Shown: positions 8,064 to 17,180 of the stretch, in pieces | Layout of the letters: every line of letters starts with the position of its first letter | Numbering within the stretch: position 1 is the stretch's first letter | DNA from: Candidatus Nomurabacteria bacterium | Lineage (GTDB): Bacteria; Patescibacteriota; Minisyncoccia; Phycocordibacterales; CAIZLB01 | NCBI GenBank assembly: GCA_943356525.1 | Contig: CALRFG010000001.1 | Location: 7,278 to 71,277 of the forward strand | Reading direction: 5' to 3' | Length of the DNA: 64,000 nt | Translations under genes and position numbers: made by a program | The notes under the pieces: model-generated | The model's input: only the letters and a program-made list of their open reading frames with translations | Told to the model about the DNA's origin: nothing | The model's database searches: none

Positions 8064-10895
8064 TTAAATCTCATTAATAGTCGGGTTTACACGACAGATA
8101 CTAGAAGATACTATGGTTGTACTTGTGTCTCCTGAACAGCTTATGGTGTATCTTGTGTTTTGATATATTGGAGGTGATATCCATTTACCAGAGTTACCTG
8201 AAAGCGATTCAGGAGTTATGTCGCCGCCACTCAATGTACACGTCATACCAGTAGTAGGTCTATTTATTATCTCCCAGTCAAGTGTACAAGTACCACCTTT
8301 ATTTAAAGTTATGGCTGGGGTTTTTTTAATGATGATTTCAGTTAAGGCTGTTGTGTTTTCAACAGAACAAGTTGCGTTTGATTTAGAACCATCAGAATCA
8401 GTTAAATTCACCGTTAGTGACAGAGGTGTTCCTGGTGTTGTAGTTGTTGAATATATGTAGGTGTATGGTGGAGATGATTTTAGTGTAGATACATTTGGTG
8501 AGTGTGTATATGTTACATTTCCTATTCTGTTAATAGGGGTAAATGTAAAAAATGTCTTATCTAATGAGGTTGTTGGTGAACAATATGAATTGAAAGCACA
8601 TTGTGGAGAGTTTAGTGTTGTAGTTGTTGCTACCCCACCTGTTGTACATGTATTTGTTCGAGTATTGTTACATGAACATACCTGTTGGGGGGTAGTTGTG
8701 GCTTCGCATGTATTATCTGTTGCTGATTCAATCCACACACTATTTAAATTACAAGTTCTATCAGATTGACAAACTATCAAAGATTGAAAGAAAGGTGCTA
8801 TTGTTTTATATTTAGAATATGTGGTTGATGTGGCCACAAAAGTCCACAAAACATTATATGCTGGTATAACGGTATCATTTTTTGTTTTTTCCTCAACTTC
8901 ACCATTATATAAACCCTTACCGCTGTATTTATAAGATGATGAATCTACAAGCAATGGGTCTCTACAAGTAGCGTTTGATGTTAAACCTAGTTCTATTAGA
9001 CTGTATCCTCTAGTCCAAGAATCGGTGTCATGTCCGGTATTATATAACCTAAATACTACATTACACGAACCATCATAAGACATACTGGGATAATTTTCTT
9101 TATAGGCACCATAATAATATTTCTGAGAAGCACCTAGACTACTTGATTTTGCATATACATTACCAAATTTGAACTCAAAAATAGGAAATCTTATTTGCCA
9201 CCAAGAACTTGTTTGTTCCATCAAAGCATAAAAACCTTTATTTTGATTTTTTAAACTAGGTATATCAGCTGGGTTTATACCTAGATAATCACAAACATTT
9301 ACAGTTTGATCACTCCATGAACTAGTAGGGTGTTTTACAGGTGTCATGTACACACTACCTTTTATATATGTATCACTAAGACTTGTTGTACCGTCACTGT
9401 TTGTACATGTTGTTATAGATAATAAATTACTGTTATTTTCATAAGTATCAGTATTAACAACTCTAGATTTACACATAGATGGTTCAATCTTACCTGCTTC
9501 AATTACTCTAACTTTTGCACCCATAGTATTTGAATCAGCACCTTTGTATACAGATGTAACAATAACCTTACAACTACCATCATATGTTGCATAGTTAACA
9601 TTTCTTTTTCTTCCTCCTGGATCAAAAGTCACGGTACTTGCAGTACCTTTTTTAAAACTGAAAATGTGATACCTTTTTTTTAGCCAAGCTGAAGTAGCTG
9701 AATCAGAAATAACATAAAAGTTATCATTACTTTTAAGGTTACTCATATTAACACAAACATCAACAGTAATAGAAGCAGGACTAGAGGCTGTGGTTATAAT
9801 ATTACCAGTTGAAAAATTTTTTCTAACCCTAGCGTCAGTTGTTGAGCAACTCTCATTCTGTTGGCAAACAGATGTGGTTTTTATATCTTCAAGGCATGTA
9901 TCGGCAGGTTTGTTTACACCACCACAAGTTTCAACTGCTGAAATATTTGATGATACAAACAAAGCTAAAATTATTAGTAGTAACAAAAATAAACCAGCAA
10001 TCACCTTTTTACTTATTTTAGTTTTAAAAACAAAAAATAATATAACCATCAAGGCAATCATCATACCTAAAATTATATAATATATATTATTACTGTTTGT
10101 TTTTTTTAAATCAACAGTTTTAGATTGGGTCAATATTACTTGACCATCAATATCTTTTATGTCTATTTTTAATACAACTTCACCTTTTAGTTTTGATAAA
10201 GCATCTATGTTTTCATCAACAATAATACTACCTTCATTAAAAAACTTCTTATCTGATTCTTTTTTAAATATTTCAACACCTTCTTTTGTTAACGTAACAA
10301 CAATTTTATTATCCTGATCAGTATCAAATAAAGAAACATAGCCTATATTAGCCAATACGTTTGTATCCTCTATTATGATATCTGACGTTGTAAAACTATA
10401 AGCTGAATTTGACACATTAAATGAATAATCTAAATTTAATTTTTTATCACCTATTTCAATAGTTAAAATTAGGTCATATTTTCCACCTTCAAAATTTAAC
10501 GGTATTTTGATATTAATTTTATCATTTTCTAGAAACACCTCCTCAAAATATGTTTTATTTTCTTCTAAATATTGATTAAAACCTTCAATCTCTGTGTTTA
10601 TTTTTTGATTTGGTGTTTTTAATGAATAAACCAAATCCTTATTATCATTTTTAAAAATTTTCAAATCAATTTTAGGTTCAGTATCTTCGAATGAATTTTC
10701 TTTATTATCGTTAGTAAACGATATATTTAAGTTTGAATTTTTTGTCAAAGATATATTCTTTGATTCATCTTGTATAAATGAATCTGACTGTATTTTAAAA
10801 TTATCTTTAGAATATAAAACCAGTTCAGTGGAATAAATATTATTATTAATCAATAAATTTATTATTAATAAAAAAAATAAAGTGTATTTTCTCAT
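8064..10895 (-). CDS. giant surface protein, paralog 3 (same architecture: signal peptide, N-domain, 2-TM hairpin, Cys/Thr/Ser-rich C-domain, shared C-terminal domain)
   Basis: 943-aa ORF. Signal peptide MRKYTLFFLLIINLLINNNIYS. TM hairpin ...IYYIILGMMIALMVILFFVFKTKISKKVIAGLFLLLLIILALFVSS. CTD ...LNKGGTCTLDWEIINRP...ICRVNPTINEI. Confidence 0.8.
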   Translation of the reverse strand: MRKYTLFFLLIINLLINNNIYSTELVLYSKDNFKIQSDSFIQDESKNISLTKNSNLNISFTNDNKENSFEDTEPKIDLKIFKNDNKDLVYSLKTPNQKINTEIEGFNQYLEENKTYFEEVFLENDKINIKIPLNFEGGKYDLILTIEIGDKKLNLDYSFNVSNSAYSFTTSDIIIEDTNVLANIGYVSLFDTDQDNKIVVTLTKEGVEIFKKESDKKFFNEGSIIVDENIDALSKLKGEVVLKIDIKDIDGQVILTQSKTVDLKKTNSNNIYYIILGMMIALMVILFFVFKTKISKKVIAGLFLLLLIILALFVSSNISAVETCGGVNKPADTCLEDIKTTSVCQQNESCSTTDARVRKNFSTGNIITTASSPASITVDVCVNMSNLKSNDNFYVISDSATSAWLKKRYHIFSFKKGTASTVTFDPGGRKRNVNYATYDGSCKVIVTSVYKGADSNTMGAKVRVIEAGKIEPSMCKSRVVNTDTYENNSNLLSITTCTNSDGTTSLSDTYIKGSVYMTPVKHPTSSWSDQTVNVCDYLGINPADIPSLKNQNKGFYALMEQTSSWWQIRFPIFEFKFGNVYAKSSSLGASQKYYYGAYKENYPSMSYDGSCNVVFRLYNTGHDTDSWTRGYSLIELGLTSNATCRDPLLVDSSSYKYSGKGLYNGEVEEKTKNDTVIPAYNVLWTFVATSTTYSKYKTIAPFFQSLIVCQSDRTCNLNSVWIESATDNTCEATTTPQQVCSCNNTRTNTCTTGGVATTTTLNSPQCAFNSYCSPTTSLDKTFFTFTPINRIGNVTYTHSPNVSTLKSSPPYTYIYSTTTTPGTPLSLTVNLTDSDGSKSNATCSVENTTALTEIIIKKTPAITLNKGGTCTLDWEIINRPTTGMTCTLSGGDITPESLSGNSGKWISPPIYQNTRYTISCSGDTSTTIVSSSICRVNPTINEI

Positions 10896-10933
10896 ATACT
10901 AAATTATATCATTCTTTAAAAAAATACGTAGAA

Positions 10934-11347
10934 TTAATCAATTTTCACTGACCTCATATCCACATCCTCAACATAATCAAATCTTATTACAATATCTGGT
11001 TTTATTTCATCATTTTCTATGATAATAGGCCATTCTATAAATATAAGGTTTTCTTTATCTTCTAAATATTCTTCTATTCTTATCTTTTGTAAATCTTTAT
11101 AAGACTCCAACCTGTAAGCGTCTATGTGTATCAATTTTTTAAAATTTTCTATAGGAAATTCATAGCTTTTTAATATAGTAAATGTTGGACTTGTTATATC
11201 AATATTTAAATCTAGTTGCTTACACAGGTTTTTTGTAAAAGTTGTCTTACCAGAACCTAAATCACCCTGTAAATAAACAACAGTAGCCTTATCTTTGTTA
11301 GTTATAGATTTTAATTTTTTTATAAATTCTTCATAGATATTTTCCAT
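10934..11347 (-). CDS. tsaE: tRNA threonylcarbamoyladenosine biosynthesis protein TsaE (YjeE-like P-loop protein)
   Basis: 137 aa. Walker A GDLGSGKTTF, an SPTF motif, and the overall small YjeE architecture. Confidence 0.8.
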   Translation of the reverse strand: MENIYEEFIKKLKSITNKDKATVVYLQGDLGSGKTTFTKNLCKQLDLNIDITSPTFTILKSYEFPIENFKKLIHIDAYRLESYKDLQKIRIEEYLEDKENLIFIEWPIIIENDEIKPDIVIRFDYVEDVDMRSVKID

Positions 11348-11419
11348 AAATATACAATAAACAAAAACACCCTCTTTTACAAGGATGATTTTGTATTAAA
11401 AACTTTTTACAATCAAAGG

Positions 11420-12526
11420 TTAGATATTTTCTATAGTTAGTCTTTTTTTAGCTTGATAAATGAAGGCAAACACTGCTCCTAATATCAGAACCATAGTTGC
11501 AACCATGTAGTCAAAGAAACTTAAAGATAGACCTGTTGCAGGCAACTGACTTAGATAAACTCCTGATACAGGTGTTCCTGAAGTTATACCAGGTGTTAGA
11601 CTTACTGACGATCCACCAGTGTATGAAGGTGTGTATGAGTTGTAATAGTTTCCGTAAACAGAGTTATTGTTTTCAAAAGTAACATTACATGTTTTTGTAA
11701 TAATCTCTTGATCAGATCTTATTGTAATATTTATGTATTTTTTACCAGTTGTGTAAGATGTAAATGATGTAGATGCACCTGAAACACTGTTTATATCACC
11801 ACCCCATATGTAAGTATAGTTACCTATACCACCTGTTGCATAAGCCGTAGCTGTTACTGATTGACCAGGTCTAGGGTTTGATGGAGTTATTGTACAATAA
11901 CCATCTAACAAAACACGATTAGGGTTATGAACTACAGCATTACCAGTTGGGTTTGTATAAACATATACATTGTTATTGTTAACATTATTGTTTATAGCTG
12001 TAGCAGTTGATGATGAGTTTGAGTTTGAAGTTGAAGTTGAAGTCGAGTTTGATAGGTTGGTGTTTGTATTGGCGTTATTATTTGATGTAGTGTTTGATGA
12101 ATAGTTTGAATTAGGTATAAATGAAGATGTGTATGATGAACCATATGATGGTAAAGAGTATCCACTGTAATATGAACCACTGTATGATGGTAGAGAGTAT
12201 CCACTATAACTAGAACCACTATATGACGGCGTGTAGTAAGACGGAGTATATGATGATCCGTAGTTATATGATGGTGAAGAATATGAGGGTGAAGAATATG
12301 AAGGGGTGTATGATGGTGAAGAATAAGAATACACAGGAGAGTATGAGTAAGTACTTGGACCTGAATAACCATAATTTGAGGTATATCCACCACCAGTCAT
12401 GATACCAGGACCTCCAGTTCCTGAAAAAGAATTATCTTTTCCCGCGAAAACCACACCAGGTATCATAAATATAGCAAAAACTACCATAATTATTGTTTTT
12501 TTGATTTGTTTGTTTGTTTTTAACAT
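11420..12526 (-). CDS. LPXTG-anchored cell-surface protein with Ser/Tyr/Pro-rich repeats
   Basis: Signal peptide. Repeats of the form SPSYTPSYSSPSYSSPSY and YSGSYYSGYSLPSYSGS. C-terminal sortase signal LPATG, then a hydrophobic segment, then KKRL. Confidence 0.75.
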   Translation of the reverse strand: MLKTNKQIKKTIIMVVFAIFMIPGVVFAGKDNSFSGTGGPGIMTGGGYTSNYGYSGPSTYSYSPVYSYSSPSYTPSYSSPSYSSPSYNYGSSYTPSYYTPSYSGSSYSGYSLPSYSGSYYSGYSLPSYGSSYTSSFIPNSNYSSNTTSNNNANTNTNLSNSTSTSTSNSNSSSTATAINNNVNNNNVYVYTNPTGNAVVHNPNRVLLDGYCTITPSNPRPGQSVTATAYATGGIGNYTYIWGGDINSVSGASTSFTSYTTGKKYINITIRSDQEIITKTCNVTFENNNSVYGNYYNSYTPSYTGGSSVSLTPGITSGTPVSGVYLSQLPATGLSLSFFDYMVATMVLILGAVFAFIYQAKKRLTIENI

Positions 12527-12621
12527 TATGAGTATATTATAGCATATATGAAATATTTGTCAAGCTATATAAAACAAAAACCTTGGGGATTAACCCAAGG
12601 CCCAAAAGACGAATCTTTTGA

Positions 12622-13398
12622 TTATTTGTGAACAACTTTGAATGTTGTTCCTGTTGGTAGTTCATAAATCCACCTTGCAACTTCTCCGTTGTGGCGGTTA
12701 CACCCAGCACTATTCCCAGTCTCAGACCTGTTGCCAGATATGTCACCTCGATGAGTATAATTGCCACTATCATTTTTGTCACCTATATGGTGGTCGATAT
12801 GATAAGCATATGGCATAAAGCTTTTTCTGCTCCTAGACCACCTACCAGGTAAACCTTTGTGTTCTTCATTACCTTTTTCTGACAGGGTGTGAATACCCTC
12901 AGAAAGCCACGCTGATTTATCTTTTGAGGTCGAATTTCTAACAACTCCAATGATTTCACCGCCGGCATTTATAAGGTGTGTAACACCTAGACCACCGTCA
13001 AAATAGTAACAAATGAATGTTGCTATTTTTTGATCAACAGCAATCCATGATACAGTCAAAGGGTTTTGTGCCGAAACATCAACCAAACTATAGATAGTTT
13101 TCAAATCACCTTTTAGGGGTAAAATGATTTCGGTTGTGTTTTTGGCATCAAAATATTGATACCATTTGAATGGGTCAATTTCTTGAGCCCAAGAAAGGTT
13201 GAAGATTTTCTGGAATTTTTCTGGAACACTTTTATTTGGTCCATTTATTCCCCAGTAAACATAGTCCGGGCTATCCGGAATACCTACATTTAAACCTTTG
13301 TACTCAAAGGTTTTTGCATGTAAGTTGGAGTTGGTTAGAGTTAGTAAAAGTGACAAAATTAATGCCGCAAAACAAGTGATTTTTAAGTTAAGTTTCAT
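12622..13398 (-). CDS. hypothetical secreted protein
   Basis: 258-aa ORF with an N-terminal signal peptide (MKLNLKITCFAALILSLLLTLTNSNLHA). The ORFs 12537..12782 and 12783..12968 are alternate frames inside it. Confidence 0.6.
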   Translation of the reverse strand: MKLNLKITCFAALILSLLLTLTNSNLHAKTFEYKGLNVGIPDSPDYVYWGINGPNKSVPEKFQKIFNLSWAQEIDPFKWYQYFDAKNTTEIILPLKGDLKTIYSLVDVSAQNPLTVSWIAVDQKIATFICYYFDGGLGVTHLINAGGEIIGVVRNSTSKDKSAWLSEGIHTLSEKGNEEHKGLPGRWSRSRKSFMPYAYHIDHHIGDKNDSGNYTHRGDISGNRSETGNSAGCNRHNGEVARWIYELPTGTTFKVVHK

Positions 13399-13442
13399 AC
13401 TGTATATATTATATCATATATAACAATAATGTCAATGAAAAA

Positions 13443-13475
13443 ACCCAGAGCGTTAATAGCTCTGAGTTTGAATAT
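13443..13475 (-). terminator. rho-independent terminator downstream of the lipoprotein gene
   Basis: On the minus strand CTCAGAGC-TATTAAC-GCTCTGGG is followed by TTTTTT. Confidence 0.55.
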
Positions 13476-13493
13476 TTCACTGTAAATTAAGGG

Positions 13494-14030
13494 TTAATTG
13501 ACAGGAAACATTTTTCTGATTTCGGCTGGAACCTCCGATTCTGGAACAAAAATCGTTTGAGTCCTTATGCTCACAGGGTTCTTTTTCTGTTCAAGTTTAA
13601 CAAAAAAAGTTCCGTCGGGGTCATACATCCCAGATAAAGCCCTTTTTGCAAAGGGGATATATTCCTCCCCTTGAGGTAGAGTACCTTTGTCACTTAGCTT
13701 TTTTGAAGCCATTTGAGAGATTTCTCTTTCAACAAGGTTAATTCTTTCGGGTGTTATTCCAGAACCACGAGCAGGAACGAGTCCGACTGTGGCAGTAACA
13801 CTGCCGCTATAGTATGGTGTTTTTTTAGTAACATTAACACCTTTTAACTGTTTTACGGTTCGTGTTTGGGTCTCCGACACCTCTCTTAAACCATCTTGAC
13901 CTTGTAGGTTTTGGATATAGGGCCGGATTGCCAGCGGTTGACCCTCTGGGACAAAGTGTACACAGGACGAGAGGCAAAGGATAGCAAGAATAATAGTGAC
14001 AGTGACGACGATTTTAACGATATTTTTCAT
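13494..14030 (-). CDS. putative lipoprotein (relatively GC-rich gene)
   Basis: 178 aa with a signal peptide and lipobox-like ILCLSSC. Local GC is ~40-45% against ~30% for the surroundings. Confidence 0.6.
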   Translation of the reverse strand: MKNIVKIVVTVTIILAILCLSSCVHFVPEGQPLAIRPYIQNLQGQDGLREVSETQTRTVKQLKGVNVTKKTPYYSGSVTATVGLVPARGSGITPERINLVEREISQMASKKLSDKGTLPQGEEYIPFAKRALSGMYDPDGTFFVKLEQKKNPVSIRTQTIFVPESEVPAEIRKMFPVN

Positions 14031-14174
14031 GACTTCTGGAGTAGTTTGTTTTGTTTTTGTTCAACTCCATCCCTACATAGGGTGGACTTAGATGTTAACA
14101 TATTAACACAAAACAACTTAAAAGTCAATCATCTGCAATTAGCACAAAACATTATAAACATTTACAATACATTC

Positions 14175-15857
14175 ATGACAATAATCTTTGATGAAGATAA
14201 GAAAAACCAACAACTCAAACAAATGAGACAAGAAGAAGATGAAAGACTTGTAAAAATGCTTTCGGATCGATACTCTATTCCTTATATAAACCTCTCTACA
14301 GTTTCTATAAACACTGACGCACTTCGATTACTTGATCAAGAGGAGTCTAAAAAATCTGAATGTGTTATTTTTGATATTGTCGGTAAAAAACTTTACCTTG
14401 CTTTATATAATCCATTAAATTCAAATATTGAAGTGACTGTAGATAGTTTAAAAAGAAAAGGATATGAAATAGTTTTTCACATAGCATCAATGTATAGTGT
14501 TGAAAAAGCATTTAATTTTTACAAAGATTTATCTTTTGCTGTTGAAACAGAGGCGGGTTCATTGGATATATCAAATAATGAAATAGAGACGCTTGTTGAA
14601 AAAACACAAAGTCTTGATGATATTAAAATTTTTATTGAAGAAGCTTTGAAGGAAAAAAAGAGTCACAGGCTTTCAAAACTTTTGGCTGTTATTATGGCTG
14701 GAGGTCTTGCAACGAAAGCATCTGATATACACATAGAAGCAGAAGATTCGTATTCAAAACTTAGATACCGTGTCGATGGTGTTCTAATAGAAACTTCTCG
14801 TTTTGACCTTGAAACATATCATTCACTTTTATCTCGTTTAAAACTTTTATCAGGACTTAAGTTAAATATAAAAGAAAATTCACAAGATGGAAGATTTACA
14901 ATAAAAATTTATACTGCGGATGTTGAGATCCGTGTTTCAACTATACCAGGGGCATATGGCGAGTCTGTTGTTATGCGTATTCTAAACCCTAAATCTATCT
15001 CATCAGGACTTGAGGATTTAGGAATGACAAAAAAACTATATGACATTGTCATGAAAGAAATAAGTAGACCAAATGGTCTTATACTTCTAACTGGACCAAC
15101 AGGTTCTGGAAAAACTACAACTTTGTATGCATTTTTAAAAAAGACAATGTCACCTGAGTATAAAATAATAACTATCGAGGACCCTGTTGAATATCATTTA
15201 CCTGGAGTTGTCCAGACACAAGTTGATGAAAATAAAGGATATACTTTTGGTGAGGGTTTGAGATCTATTCTTCGTCAAGATCCTGATATTATTCTTGTGG
15301 GTGAGATACGTGATTCAGAAACAGCTTCAACAGCTATACAAGCATCACTTACAGGTCATTTGGTTTTCTCCACATTGCACACCAACAACGCAGCTGGAAC
15401 TTTTATACGACTTATGGACCTAGGTGCTGATCCAAAAACATTAACATCCTCTCTTCATTTAGCTATAGCACAAAGACTTATAAGAACATTGTGTCTAGAC
15501 TGTAGAAAACTTGTTGATATAACAGAAAGACAAAAAAGAATAATACAAGAAACAATAAATTCTTTAGATGGTTATGAAGAAAAAGATGAAATAAAAGAAA
15601 TACCTATGCAACTTTATCAAGCTGTTGGTTGTAAAGAATGTAATAACACTGGTTATAAAGGACGTATCGGAATACATGAAGGAATATTATCAAATGAAAA
15701 AATAGAAAAAATTATTGCAACCGGTCCAAGTGAAAGAGAAATTAAAGAAGCTGCTTTAGATCAAAAACTAATAAATATGAAGCAGGATGGTATTATAAAA
15801 ATACTGAAAGGAATAACAACGATAGATGAGCTAGAGAGAGTTGTTGATATATATTAA
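14175..15857 (+). CDS. pilB: type IV pilus / type II secretion ATPase, PilB/GspE family (paralog 1)
   Basis: GspE N-terminal domain (SDRYSIPYINLSTVSI). Walker A GPTGSGKTTTLYAF, Walker B ILVGEIRD, and tetracysteine CLDC...CKEC. The ORF track start at 13911 overlaps the opposite-strand gene; the Met at 14175 (MTIIFDED) is the likelier start. Confidence 0.85.
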   Translation: MTIIFDEDKKNQQLKQMRQEEDERLVKMLSDRYSIPYINLSTVSINTDALRLLDQEESKKSECVIFDIVGKKLYLALYNPLNSNIEVTVDSLKRKGYEIVFHIASMYSVEKAFNFYKDLSFAVETEAGSLDISNNEIETLVEKTQSLDDIKIFIEEALKEKKSHRLSKLLAVIMAGGLATKASDIHIEAEDSYSKLRYRVDGVLIETSRFDLETYHSLLSRLKLLSGLKLNIKENSQDGRFTIKIYTADVEIRVSTIPGAYGESVVMRILNPKSISSGLEDLGMTKKLYDIVMKEISRPNGLILLTGPTGSGKTTTLYAFLKKTMSPEYKIITIEDPVEYHLPGVVQTQVDENKGYTFGEGLRSILRQDPDIILVGEIRDSETASTAIQASLTGHLVFSTLHTNNAAGTFIRLMDLGADPKTLTSSLHLAIAQRLIRTLCLDCRKLVDITERQKRIIQETINSLDGYEEKDEIKEIPMQLYQAVGCKECNNTGYKGRIGIHEGILSNEKIEKIIATGPSEREIKEAALDQKLINMKQDGIIKILKGITTIDELERVVDIY

Positions 15858-15862
15858 AAAAA

Positions 15863-15886
15863 TTTATTAGTCAATTGACTAATAAA
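15863..15886. promoter_or_regulatory. 24-bp perfect palindrome TTTATTAGTCAATTGACTAATAAA (operator-like, or terminator stem)
   Basis: Perfect inverted repeat 6 nt after the pilB stop. On the plus strand it is followed by an A-rich tract rather than a U-tract. Confidence 0.4.
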
Positions 15887-16160
15887 AAATAAAAACATAT
15901 CATAAAAAAGAACAGCTCCTTAAATCTCCAAGCAAAACTTTTTTCGTTAAGAAAAAAGCTCAATGTGTTTTCAAGGATAGCCTCAGGAATATAGCAAGCT
16001 ATACACCAAAGCGTCCTCTAACTCACACCAAAAAATCCAGGGGATTTATTGCTTGGAGACTTAAAAAGCCGATTCAAAATTTAGTTCTGTTTCTTTTTAT
16101 AAAATATAAAACAAAACATTTATCAAGTAACTATAACAAGTATAGCATATCGCTATCATC

Positions 16161-17180
16161 ATGTCAAGCGACTTAAATATCATCAAAAACAACGCTCCTG
16201 AAGACAAAGTTTTAGACCAAACCCTTAGACCATCGTCTTTCAATGAGTATATCGGACAAGAAAGTATTAAAAACAACCTTAATATACTATTAAAAGCAGC
16301 TAAAGGACGCAACCATGCTCCCGAACATATACTTTTCTACGGATCTCCGGGACTTGGCAAAACCACACTTGCCTATCTTGTGGCAAAAGAACTTGGCTCA
16401 CAAATGAAAGTAACCTCAGGACCTGCTATTGAGCGAGTGGGTGACCTTGCGTCTATACTTACCAATCTTTCACCGGGAGATATTTTGTTTATAGATGAGG
16501 TTCACAGACTTAACAAGTCCGTAGAGGAGATATTGTACCCAGCCATGGAGTCTGGGCAGATGGATATTATAGTAGGCAAAGGCCCTGCCGCCCGTACAAT
16601 ACAACTAGACCTCCCTCCTTTTACTCTTATAGCAGCCACCACAAGGGTCGCAATGATATCTTCACCTCTTCGTTCACGTTTCTCGGGAGGTGTCTTTAAG
16701 CTTGAATTTTACACAAATGATGAGATACAGTTTATAGTAGAAAGATCTGCAAAAATATTGGGAATAGACCTGGATAAAAAAGCTGCTTTATATATTGCCC
16801 AAAGAAGTAGAAAAACTCCAAGAACAGCTAACTATCTATTGAAAAGATGTCGCGACCTTGCACAAATATATGAAAAATCATTAGATGAGGATATTGTTAT
16901 AGAAGCATTGAATATGATAGGAACAGATAAAATTGGTTTAAATAAGTCTGATATTGATTTGCTTGAAACTATTATTAACAAGTATAGTGGTGGACCTGTT
17001 GGTCTTTCAACAATAGCCGCATCTCTCTCTGAAGATGAAGCAACTATAGAGGATTTTAATGAACCCTATCTTATACAACTTGGGTTTTTAGATAGAACTC
17101 CTCGAGGACGAGTTGTTACAGAGTCAGCTTATGATCATTTAAATATTCCTTATACAAAAAATAATATAGATGGTAAATAA
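16161..17180 (+). CDS. ruvB: Holliday junction branch migration helicase RuvB
   Basis: AAA+ Walker A GSPGLGKTTLA, Walker B ILFIDEVHRL, and the RuvB C-terminal winged-helix region. Confidence 0.9.
   Translation: MSSDLNIIKNNAPEDKVLDQTLRPSSFNEYIGQESIKNNLNILLKAAKGRNHAPEHILFYGSPGLGKTTLAYLVAKELGSQMKVTSGPAIERVGDLASILTNLSPGDILFIDEVHRLNKSVEEILYPAMESGQMDIIVGKGPAARTIQLDLPPFTLIAATTRVAMISSPLRSRFSGGVFKLEFYTNDEIQFIVERSAKILGIDLDKKAALYIAQRSRKTPRTANYLLKRCRDLAQIYEKSLDEDIVIEALNMIGTDKIGLNKSDIDLLETIINKYSGGPVGLSTIAASLSEDEATIEDFNEPYLIQLGFLDRTPRGRVVTESAYDHLNIPYTKNNIDGK

Noticed and set aside
11992-12393. 133-aa His/Thr/Leu-rich ORF
   Set aside because: It is an alternate frame of the SPSY-repeat region of the LPXTG protein gene. 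Its repetitive composition is a by-product of the repeats.
13911-14174. N-terminal extension of the pilB ORF (track start at 13911)
   Set aside because: It overlaps the convergent lipoprotein gene on the other strand. The GspE N-domain homology begins only after the Met at 14175.
16097-16312. Minus-strand 71-aa ORF overlapping the ruvB start
   Set aside because: It is antisense to the ruvB 5' end and has no features.
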